Below, one piece after another: positions 38,932 to 49,267 of a DNA stretch of 49,267 nucleotides (position 1 is its first letter; every line of letters starts with the position of its first letter). A program made the position numbers and the translations under genes. Under the pieces are notes generated by a model, which worked only from the letters and a program-made list of their open reading frames with translations, was not told the DNA's origin and made no database searches. The stretch covers positions 87,865,012 to 87,914,278 of the forward strand of contig NC_057718.1 of assembly GCF_004010195.1 (NCBI RefSeq), in the 5' to 3' direction. The DNA comes from Chiloscyllium plagiosum. Taxonomy: Eukaryota.

Positions 38932-39446
38932 NNNNNNNNNNNNNNNNNNNNNNNNNNNNNNNNNNNNNNNNNNNNNNNNNNNNNNNNNNNNNNNNNNNNN
39001 NNNNNNNNNNNNNNNNNNNNNNNNNNNNNNNNNNNNNNNNNNNNNNNNNNNNNNNNNNNNNNNNNNNNNNNNNNNNNNNNNNNNNNNNNNNNNNNNNNNN
39101 NNNNNNNNNNNNNNNNNNNNNNNNNNNNNNNNNNNNNNNNNNNNNNNNNNNNNNNNNNNNNNNNNNNNNNNNNNNNNNNNNNNNNNNNNNNNNNNNNNNN
39201 NNNNNNNNNNNNNNNNNNNNNNNNNNNNNNNNNNNNNNNNNNNNNNNNNNNNNNNNNNNNNNNNNNNNNNNNNNNNNNNNNNNNNNNNNNNNNNNNNNNN
39301 NNNNNNNNNNNNNNNNNNNNNNNNNNNNNNNNNNNNNNNNNNNNNNNNNNNNNNNNNNNNNNNNNNNNNNNNNNNNNNNNNNNNNNNNNNNNNNNNNNNN
39401 NNNNNNNNNNNNNNNNNNNNNNNNNNNNNNNNNNNNNNNNNNNNNN
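38932..39446. other. Assembly gap (515 N)
   Basis: Run of N. Confidence 1.
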
Positions 39447-39856
39447 ATGAAGAGAGGTTGACTGAGCTTGGACTTTTTTCATTGGAGAAAAGGAGGAGAA
39501 GAGGGGACCTAATTGAGGTATACAAGATAATGAGAGGCATAGATAGAGTCGATAGCCAGAGACTATTTCCCAGGGCAGAAATGACTAACACGAGGGGTCA
39601 TAGTTTTAAGCTGTTTGGAGGAAAGTATAGAGGGGATATGAGAGGTGGGTTCTTTACACAGAGAGTTGTGAGAGCATGGAATGCGTTGCCAGCAGCAGTT
39701 GTGGAAGCAAAGTCATTGGGGACACTTAAGAGACTACTGGACACGCATATGGTCACAGAAATTTGAGGGTGCATACATGAGGATCAGTGGTCGGCACAAC
39801 ATCGTGGGCTGAAAGGCCTGTTCTGTGCTGTACTGTTCTATGTTCTATGTTCTATG
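39447..39856 (+). mobile_element. Young CR1 3' end with (TTCTATG)n tail
   Basis: GLFSLEKRRRRGDLIEVYKI..FFTQRVVRAWNALP; GTGCTGTACTG(TTCTATG)3. Confidence 0.9.
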
Positions 39857-39929
39857 TATTGATTACACCGAAAGAGAAATAATAAATAGGCGAATAATGA
39901 AGCAATGCTGAGGTACAGGTTATAGTGTA

Positions 39930-42580
39930 TCGCCCAAATAAGGGTTCTATATATGAATACATGGAGTTTAAGGAATAAATTAAATGAGCTGAATGCACAA
40001 ATTCAAAATGGAGAGTATGATAGAGTCGACATTACAGGGTTATGACTGCAGGATAGTCAGAATTGAGAACTAAATATACTAGGTTATAGGGTTTAGAGGA
40101 TGGATGGGGCAAAGGGCAGAAGAGGTGGAGTAGCCTTACTGATTAGAAACAAAATTACTGCAATATGAGGGAGGATATGAAGAAGGGAAATCATTCTGTC
40201 GAAACTGTATGGATAGAACTGAAGAACAGTAAAGAATCTAAAACTGTAATAGGTGTTGTGTATAGACACCCTTGTAGCAGATTTGAGGTGCTAGTTTGGA
40301 TAAATCCAGAAAATTAGGCAAATGTGTGGCAAAGTGAGAGTAGAATTAATGGGAGAATCTTATTTTTAGCATAGTTTAAAAGAGACAGACAAAGAGCTAC
40401 CAGAAAAGTAGTAAATTTCAGGAAAGTTTCCTATTGCAATATGTCCTGGATGCAGTAAATGGAAAAGTAATATTAAATTTAGTAATGAGCCAGATTTAAT
40501 TAGTAATTATGTGTGTGAACATTTATTAAATAGTGATCATAACTTGATCAAGTTCAATGTTGCATTTGACAGCGAAAAGCATGAATCAGCTACTAGATTT
40601 TAGATTTAGCTAAAGTTGACTTTAGCAGGTTTACAAAAGTGCAAAAAAAGGGACCAATCCTGCTGAATGGGAAAGATACAAAGACCAACTAAGTGCACAA
40701 TGCAGCTTTGTCAGAGCGACTAAAAGAGAGATCAAGATCAATAAGAGGAAATTTTATATTTATATAAAGGGAAGGCAGGTGATTAGGAGCAACGTTGGTC
40801 TACTAAAGACTGGAAGTGGAGATATTGTCAATGACTATGGGGAAATGGCAGACATGTTGAATAGTTAGTTTGCCTCAGTATTTACAGTAGAAAAGCAGAT
40901 AACTTGCTGTAATCACAAGAAAATTAATAGTGGATTGGGAACAGAGATTAAATAAAATTAATGTAAGTAAAACATTGGTAACGAAGAAATGAATGGAACT
41001 AAAGAGTGACGAATCCCGGGGACCTGACTGTTTCCACCTGAGGGTATTAAAGGAAATAGGAGAGCACATTGCAGACACCCTGACTATAATCTTTCGGAGT
41101 TCTTTAGACACAGGAGTTATCCCTCTGGGTTGGAAAATTATGTGTCATTCCACTTTTTAGGAAAGGTGAAAGAGCAAAACCAAGGAATTACAGACCAGTT
41201 AGCCTAACATCTGTGTTGGGGAAATTGTTTGAGTTTCAAAAATCGGGTAACTGAGCACTTTGAAAATTTTCAGTTAATCAAGGAGAGCCAGCAACTTGAG
41301 AGTGTGTTGCTGGAAAAGCACAGCAGGTCAGGCAGCATCCGAGGAGCAGGAAAATCGATGTTTCAGGCTGGAGCCCTTTTTTCCAGCAACACATTCTCAA
41401 CTCTGATCTCCAGCATCTGCAGACCTGACTGTCTCCTAAGGATTCCTGACAAGCAGATCGTGCCTGACACATTTCATGAACTTTTTGAAGAGATGTCTAG
41501 GGTAATGGACAGGTAAATGCCTACATGGACTCCCAGAAGCCACATAAGCCACATAAGATAATGTTAGTTAAGGTAGAAGCCCACAAAATTGAGGCAAATT
41601 ACTGACATAGCTGGGAAATTGTTTGATTGAGTGGCAGGCAACAGAAAATAGAGATAATGGGTATGTATTCAACTGGCAGGATCTGACTAGTGGTTTCCCA
41701 CAAGAATCTGCGTTAGGGCCTCGATTATTCACATTATTTATTAATGGCTTAGAGAATGGTATAGAAAGTCATATATCCAAATTTGCCGATGACGCAAAGT
41801 TAGGCAGCATTGTAGACAATGTAACTTATAGCATAAAATTACAAAGGGATGTTGATAGAGTAAGTGAATGGGTAAAAGTGTTGCAGATAGAATTCAATAT
41901 AAGTAGTGTGAAGTTATCCATTTTGGACCAAAAGATAATAGCTCAGAGTAATTTCTAGGTGGTATGAAGTTACACACAGTGAATGTCCAAAGAACCTTCA
42001 GGGTTCAGGTACACAGATCTTTAAAATGTCATAAAAAGGTACAGAAAATGATCAAGAAAGTTGATGCAGTGCTGACGTTTATATCTAGAGAACAGTAGTA
42101 CAAGGATGCAGAAGTTATGTTGCAATGATACAATGATTGGACTCCACTTGGAGCAGATATGGACACCACACCTTAGGAAGGATATATTAGCCTTGGAGGA
42201 AATACAACGTAGGTTTGCAAGAATGATACCTGGACTTCAGGGGTTATGTCAAGATTATGCAAATTAGATCTGTTTTCACTAGAATTTAGAAAGTTAAAGG
42301 GTAACTGATCAAAGTCTTCAAGATCTTAACAATTAAAAACAGAGTAGATAAAGATAAACATAGTTTGAGAACTAGGTCCAGACCATTCAGGATCGATTTT
42401 AGCAAGAATTTCTACTTACAAGAGTGGTAGAGGTTTGAAACTCTCTTCTACAAACAGTAGTGGATGCAGGATCAGTTGTTAATTTAAATCTAAGATAGAT
42501 ACATTTTTGTTCAGTCATGATCTCATTGAATGTGGAACACACTCGAAGGGCTGAATGGCCTACTCTTATTCCTATATTCC
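39930..42580 (+). mobile_element. Old CR1 ORF2 (EN to 3' UTR), probably the continuation of 36870-38030
   Basis: GGVALLI, ETVWIELKN..GVVYRHP, SDHNLI, NYRPVSLTS, KFADDAKLG; tail GGCCTACTCTTATTCCTAT. Confidence 0.82.
41294..41438. mobile_element. Palindromic Penelope-derived insert (hammerhead partly deleted)
   Basis: Arms TTGAGAGTGTGTTGCTGGAAAA / TTTTCCAGCAACACATTCTCAA. Confidence 0.72.
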
Positions 42581-42949
42581 TTCGTCAGAATTTCCAGCTC
42601 TAATGAAGGGTCATTGGACTCAAAACATTAACCCTTCTTCTCACTACAGATGCTGTCGGATCTGCTGAGTTCCTCCTGCATTTGAAGAGAAATACTTGCT
42701 GGTTTATGATGAATGAAGAGGAAAGTGAAGTTAATTGAGTAGCTTCGACAGCTGGTGCAGTAATGAAGAGACACATTTATCCCTCCTTTGCTATCCCCTG
42801 CTTCTTTGGGCCAAAAATGAGCTAGCCACATTCACTGGTTGTAAGATCACAGTACTGGGTGGGAAACATTCAAATTTATCTCATGTGCACAATTGCCCAA
42901 GTGTTATATCTTTGAAGCTACTTGTGACCATCTTCACTTAGCATTAGCG

Positions 42950-44810
42950 TGTATAGTGTCCAGGCCACTACACAGTGTGCTTTCACATTGACTTATCTGG
43001 CCATCAAAGCAGACCTTCTGTTTCTGCAGGAGTGTGGAATACTGCACCTCAGCAGCTACAGGAAATGCTTGATCTTGTGGGCCCATGGGCCTTCGATTTT
43101 GTCGGGGACAACATTCCTCCTGCTTGAGTATTCTGCTGTGAGGAGGCAACTTCACCATCTCCAAAGTTAAGGAAGTGGTGGGCGGGCACCTCTTTGTAGC
43201 AGACATTCGTGGCCAGACAGGCTTATCTACTCAAGATTAGATTTCCTCTTTGTGTCCCAAGCGTTCTCAGTCTGATCCATCAACATTAGGCCAACATTCT
43301 TTTCTGACAACTGCCTCTTGCTCGCCAACTGTCACCTATAGGATGACCAGCGTGCAAGCAAGGAAACATGGAAGCTGAACGTGTAACTGTTGACTGCAGA
43401 ACACATTGAGGAACTCAAAAGGGATGATACAAGTTAGAGAACCATGAAACCCCTCTTTGAGTCTGTAGCAGACTGGTGGGAAACAGTCAAGGGGAACATC
43501 AGGAGGTTCTTCATCCTTTCTGAAGGCAAGAAAGAAATGGGTAAAGTTGTCAAAACTCCAAAAAAGCATGCAGAACATACTCCTGTTGCAGACAATGGGA
43601 GCTGATGTCAAGAAGGACTTTCAAAAGGTGAAGAGCCAGAAAGCTTCACTCTTTGCCTCAGAGGCCTCCAAGATAATCTTCCAGTTCAGGGTCTGCTCCG
43701 TGGAGTAGAATGAGATGTGTTCACATTCTTCTTCCAAAAGATGCACAGGGAGAGCTCTGTGATCAGTAGCCTGAGGAAGAAGATGGCTCAGTAACATCAT
43801 CTCATTCTGACATCGTGAGAATGAACAAATCCTTTTACAGGTATGCCTGACCGTAAAACACAAAGCCCACAGATAGCATGGCCTCCCAATTGTTCCCACC
43901 CTCTATCACAAAGGTCTTAGACAACAGCAAGCAAGAGAGGCTGGACTAGCTGTCATCTCTGGATGAGTTGACCAAGGGTCTTGAATTCTTTGAAAGATTA
44001 AAACTCCCAGAAGCAATGGCTTACTGATAGAGTTGTATTGGGATATGTGGGATTTGCCAGGTGGCATGTGTGAGTCCATGAAGAAAAGTATCATCACTCT
44101 CCTCTACAAGTGGAAGGGAAGAGAGAGGAAATTCAAAATTGGTGACCAATTTCACTGTTGAGCATGGATTACAAAATCCTGTCTAAACTCATCACCAATT
44201 GGGTCAGGTCTGCTCTGGGATCAGTGATTCACTTTAGCCAAAACTGTGCTCTAAGAGCAGAACTGAGAGCCTTGCTTTCCTCAGGGAAACAATCGCCTAC
44301 ATGCAGCACAGAGGAATGGATACCTGCCTCATCAGCCTGGACCAGGAGAAGGCCTTTGACAAAGATATCACACACCTACTTGAGGGATGTGCTCTCTAAA
44401 ATGGACTTTGGGGAGGAAATCCAAAATTTTATTCAACTGCTGTATACCAATATCATTGGTGCAGTTTCAACTGATGAATGGAAATCAGAAAATTTCCTAA
44501 TCAGATCTGGAATCAGGGAGGCAGCCTCTTTCCCCTGCCTTGTTTGTATGCGGTTTGAGTCTTGCTGAGTCCATCAGGAAGGATGAGAGCCTAAGAGGGG
44601 TGACTATTCTAGGTAGCAGAGGCCTGCAGGTTAAAGCCCCCCTGTACATGGCTGACGTTGTTGTTTTCTGTCAATGCAGACTTGTGAGCAGTTGTGACCA
44701 GTTCAAGTTGGCCTTGGGGCCAAGGTAAATTGAGGCAAAAGTTTCCAATGTTCTTTCGGAACCAATCCTTTATCCTCTTAACTGTGAGGGCAGATTATCT
44801 GAAGATGTGG
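42950..44810 (+). mobile_element. Tx1/L1-clade LINE ORF2 relic (EN + RT)
   Basis: ADLLFLQEC, SRLDFLFVS, TWKLNV, ITLLYK.KG, PISLLSMDYKILSK, LDQEKAFDKISH, LYMADV; frameshifted. Confidence 0.82.
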
Positions 44811-45159
44811 AGTGTTTAAATTTAAGTTGTGAGTGGATTTCTATGTATGATTTTCTTTAAATAAGAACAATTTATGAAAGGGTATTTCTGTTACAGGACA
44901 ATGTATCTTATCTACCTCTGAGTCACTTTCCAGATATATCAGATATATCCTTTCCCTGCAACAAAATACAATTAAAATAAAATTTAAAATTCTAAATTTA
45001 GTTACTGTCCTACAATTATACTAAATTAATTTATACTTCAAAATTAGAATCATTCTTAGTACTATCAGCTAATTTTGGAATCTTCTCTGTGGTTATCTAT
45101 ATTTTGTGAAGATCAAGTTTCTGCATCATCATAGGTTTTGAAACTGAGCTAATGCAGTT

Positions 45160-45530
45160 CCACTTCTGAGTCAGAGCTCATGGATTCAAGCTTTATTCAA
45201 GAGACTTAATTTCATAATGTCATATGACTTTTTGGCACAGAAAGAGGGAGTGTTGAATTATCATAGATGTGGTCTCTCAGACAAGACATTAGATTGAGGT
45301 CCTGTCTCCCCTCTTAGTAATGCTAAGAAGGGAAGTGTTTCCCATTGTCCCATTTATCCTTCATCACTAAAATAACTCATCTTGTCACTTATCTCATTGC
45401 AGTTGTGGCATTTCATGTAAGATAGCTGCCTTATTTCTTATATTAAAAGAATGACTATATTTCAAAAACATTTAATCCCCTATAAAACATTTTGGAACAT
45501 CCTGAGATCTTAAAAAGCATTATAGAAAAG
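45160..45530 (+). mobile_element. DeuSINE-like ancient SINE relic
   Basis: CTTCTGAGTCAGA..TGGATTCAAG head, ACATTAGATTGAGGTCCTGTC, and TTTGGAACATCCTGAG..ATTATAGAAA end. Confidence 0.5.
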
Positions 45531-46787
45531 TTTAATAAACCAAAGTCAACCTGGGCTCCTGTTGACTGAATTTAATGGCTAGAAAATTGAGTAGCTTCGC
45601 AACTTGTCCACCTGACTTTTCTTAGTTTTCTCTAATATCCACATGCTTCTTTAACCCAACTGCAATCAGAGAAGAATCTTCTAAACTCTTCATAGAAAGT
45701 TTCACTTCACTCATCATGCAACAGTACCCTGGCCACTGTAAACTCTCTGAGATTGGGCTTATCTGAATTTGTGTCAAACACTCATCTGAGGCTATCTCTG
45801 AGCCTTTGCATGAACTGGCTAATAAAAAAAAATTGAAAATAGCTTGTGTTTGTTAGAGTGTAGAAATTTTGCAAGCATTTTCCAACATTACATTTGGTGT
45901 AGTTCCTTGCCTGGATCTTTCTCAGTACATATTGTAGTAATTAAGCAAAGTTTTCACTACAATCTTCATGATAATGCCTTGAAATAGAATTTGTATTCTC
46001 AGCAAGGAAAAGTACAAGTTAGAAACAACAGAGCTCCTGCGTGTTAAGTTTGTTCAGCGAAATTCAGAAAAATAGCCAACATCCCAAGATATGTGCAGGT
46101 TGGGACTAGGGAAATAAATTGAGCAAGGATATGCATTGGATATAGGCACCTTCTACAGACACAGATCAGACATTAAGGTAGAGTGTCATTGCTATGATCA
46201 AGCTGAAGGTCCAGGTGAGCTTCCCAGCAGTAGTCCTTCCCTGCTTTTGGATTTTCTTCACACTGTAAAAGACTAATGTCTGATTCAGATTCATTGACAA
46301 TATGTGTCATCCTATATTATAGAACTGTTAAAGTATACAAGGAGGCCATTCGGCCCATTGTGGCTGTACCAGCTCTCTGAGCATTTTGACTTAGAACCAA
46401 TTTCCTGCTTTTTCCCCGTGAGCCTGCAATTGTTTTCCATTTAAATAATTGTCCAATGCTTTCTTTTATGTCTCAATTGAACCTGTCTCCACCAAACTTC
46501 TGGGCAGTGTAACCCATACCCTGACTAAGGGTAAAGTAGAGTAGCTAGAGTAAAGTAGAGTAGCTTTTTATTTGTCGTTTCTACCATGTACAAATCATAC
46601 AGTAAAAATGAGACAGCATTCCTCCAGGTCCGAGGGTGTTACATGGACAGCTCAAACTACACAATCATACATGGCATAAAGTGCATAAGAAGTGCAAAAC
46701 ATGCAAGTTACAGTGTAATAGAAGAATGATAAATAATAGACATTTTTCGAGCAGCAATTCAAAATCGTGCAGTCACCATAGATAATA

Positions 46788-46985
46788 AAAACAAAAATTG
46801 CTGGAAAACCTCAGTAAGTCTGGCAGCATCTGAGGAGAGAAAGCAGTTAATGTTTTGGGTTCAGTGACCCTTCTTCAGAACAGACCCAAAATGTTAACTC
46901 TGCTTCCTCTCTACACATGCTGCCAGACCAAGTTTTTCCAGCAATTTCTGGTTTTGTTTCTGATTACCAGCATCTGCAGTTCTTT
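46788..46985. repeat. Older hairpin (MITE-like) element related to the hammerhead units
   Basis: Arms AAATTGCTGGAAAA..TCTGGCAGCAT..GTTAATGTTTTGGGT / ACCCAAAATGTTAAC..ATGCTGCCAGA..TTTTTCCAGCAATTT; central CCCTTCTTCAG is minus-strand CTGAAGAAGGG. Confidence 0.7.
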
Positions 46986-46999
46986 CAGCTTTTTTTTAA

Positions 47000-47205
47000 A
47001 GTCACTGTCGTCCTACCAAATAGGGCTGTTCTCATTTTAGAGAAATGAATTGGTGGTGGTTTAACCTGAGGGACACCATACCTCAGGTGAGGCAAAAGCT
47101 TGAAAAGGAGATTTCTTCCTGGTAACCTTAACCAGTGTAGGAATTGAACCCACATTATTGGTGTCACTCTGTACTGCAAACTGGCTATTCAGTTAACTGA
47201 CCACC
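47000..47205 (-). mobile_element. tRNA-derived SINE relic
   Basis: Minus-strand B-box-like GGTTCAATTCC followed by CTGAGGTATGGTGTCCCTCAGGTTAAACCACCACC. Confidence 0.45.
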
Positions 47206-47224
47206 CGCCCCCATAACCTAACTA

Positions 47225-48058
47225 TTCATTGTGAAAGATTTTTCTTACCTTGCATTTGTTTCTTTGCAAACCATGATAAAACTGTGACCCCGGTTCCCAA
47301 TTGATTTCCAACTGGGAATATTTTCTCCCTATCCACCATGTCCAATTTCCTCACAATTTTGAAAACTATCATCAAATCTCCTTTTAGCCTTTTCCTCTCC
47401 AAAGAAAACAATCCCATCTTCTGCCAATCTTTTCTCATAACTGGAACAATTCTTGTAAACCTCTTCTGCCCTCTCTCCAATGCATTCACATCCTTCCTAC
47501 AGTGTCATGACAAAAACTGTACACATTACTCCAGTTGATGTCTAACCAGGTGTTTTACACAAGTTCATCATAACCTCCCTGTTCTTGCTGCTATATGTCC
47601 CTATTTATGAAGTCTATAATACTGTGAGCTTTATTAACTATGACCTCTTTCTGTCCTGCCATTTTTAATAAAAACAAAATACTACAGGTGCTAGAAATCT
47701 GAAACAAATACAGAAAATGCTGGTGAAGTTCAACAGGTCAGGCAGCATTTGTGGAGAGAGAAACAGTGTTAACATTTCAAGACCAGAGTTGAACAAGAGT
47801 CATACCAGACTTGAAACATTAACTCTGTTTCTCTCTTCACAAATGCTGCCAGACCTGTTGCATTTTTCCAGCATTTTATGTCATCTTAAATGACTTATGT
47901 ACATATACACTCACGTCTCTTAACTCCTGAACGTCCTTTCTGATATTACCCTTTATTTTATTGTGACTCTTCATGTTCTTTTTATCAAAGTGCATTAACT
48001 CACACTTCTCCACATTGAACTTCAGCTGCCACCCATCTGCCCATTTCACCAATGTCTT
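47225..48058 (-). mobile_element. Old CR1 3' fragment containing a hairpin element at 47670-47878
   Basis: ALERGQKRFTRIVP..GLFSLERKRLKGDL; hairpin arms AAAATGCTGG..GGCAGCATTTGTG / CACAAATGCTGCC..CCAGCATTTT. Confidence 0.75.
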
Positions 48059-49030
48059 TGATTTGATTTGATTTGATTTGATTTATTTTGTCACATGTAC
48101 CGGGTACAGTGAAAAGTATTGGTTTGCATGCTAACCAGACAAATGACACTTTACATTAGTACATCAGTGTAATAGGACAGAATACAGAATATTGTGTTAT
48201 AGCTGCAGCAAAAGCTCAACTCTAATATGTGAGAGGTCTGCTCATAAGATTAGATTAGATTCTCTACAGTGTGGAAACAGGCCCTTCAGCCCAACAAATC
48301 CACACCGACCCTCTGAAGAGTAACCCACCCAGACACACATCCCTCTGACTCATGCACATATCACTATGGACAATTTAGCATGGCCAATTCACCTAACCTG
48401 CACATCTTTGGACTGTAGGAGGAAACTAGAGCACCTGGAAGAAACCCACACAGACACAGGGAGAATGGGCGAACTCCACACAGACAAGTCACCTTGGAAT
48501 CAAACCTGGGACCCTGGTGCTGTGAGGTAGCAGTGCTAACCACTGAGCCACTGTGCCGCCCCTCAAGTCTGATAACAGTGGGGAAGAAGCTGTTCTTAAA
48601 TCTGTTGGTACATGTTTTTAAACTTTTGTAACATTTGAAGGGAACAGAAGAGAGCATAAACAAGGAGGGAGGGAAATTTGATTATATTGGCAGCTTTCCT
48701 GAGCCAGCAGCAAGTGTAGATGGAGTCAATGGAAGGAAGGCTGGTTTTCGTGATGGAGTGGGCTGCATTCTCAACTCTGTAATTTCTTGTGGTTTTGGGC
48801 ACAGCAGTTGATGCATCCAGAAAGGATGCTTTCTGTGGTGTATCTCTAAACATTGGTAAGAGTCATTGTGGACAGGCTGAACTTCCTTAGACTCTGAGGA
48901 AATAGAGGTGTTTGTGTGCATTCTTGACTGTAGTGTTGATGTGGGTAACCAGGATAGATAGTTGGTGATATTTACTCCAAAGAACCTGAAGCTCCAACTA
49001 CCTCCACCTCAGCACCATTGATACAGACAG
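48058..49030 (-). mobile_element. Rex/Babar-like non-LTR element 3' end, interrupted by HE1
   Basis: ESILSGCI, RKAANIIK, KTCTNRFKNSFFPTVIRL; tail TTTTCACTGTACCCGGTACATGTGACAAAAT(AAATC)n. Confidence 0.75.
48249..48561 (-). mobile_element. Full-length HE1-type V-SINE
   Basis: Reverse complement starts GGGCGGCACAGTGGCTCAGTGGTTAGCACTGC; V domain present; (AATCT)n tail. Confidence 0.9.
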
Positions 49031-49267
49031 AGCCAACGGGGGGGGGGGGTAATAGAGCTGAAAGACGTCTGCAAATACTCCCCCCAACTGGTCCAGGAAG
49101 GATCTGAGTGCATGGCAGGAATTCCATCTGGGCCAGTTGCTTTTGAAGTTCTATACTATCCTCCTATCAGTTTATAATTCTGCCAAGTTTTGTGTTATCC
49201 CCAGCAAATGTCCCTTCGCCCCTTCGCCTATCGCCATCACCACGCCCAACCCCGCCCCCACGCCGAT

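Noticed and set aside
49038..49075. G12 run and CTGAAAGACGTCTGC resembling a hammerhead end
   Set aside because: There is no stem II or correctly spaced core; this is a simple homopolymer.
1..49267. CRISPR arrays, operons or prokaryotic defence systems
   Set aside because: There is no regular repeat-spacer array or gene-dense organisation; the content is vertebrate retroelement DNA.

Overview
This is eukaryotic, repeat-dominated DNA, almost certainly from a shark or ray. That call is inferred from HE1-type V-SINEs sharing 3' tails with HER1/CR1-type LINEs and from DeuSINE/SacSINE1-like relics. Most of the window is nested, decayed retroelements: many CR1-clade LINE copies of different ages, a dismembered Gypsy LTR element, a Tx1/L1-clade LINE, a Rex/Babar-like LINE, and a 2.5-kb Penelope-like element (RT + GIY-YIG) with an inverted 3' duplication and a 9-bp target-site duplication (TSD). 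There are two assembly gaps. No intact host gene can be named. The most interesting signal is about 10 dispersed short, often palindromic, Penelope-derived inserts carrying minimal hammerhead-ribozyme cores (CUGAnGA-A-GGGC-loop-GCCC-GAAACGUC). These include a tandem pair 230 nt apart, and a related 41-bp footprint starts at the predicted self-cleavage position. A speculative chain of phase-compatible minus-strand micro-exons in the unique spacers may mark an unannotated host gene. All family names come from motif recognition by eye, not database searches, and repeat boundaries are approximate unless a TSD is quoted.
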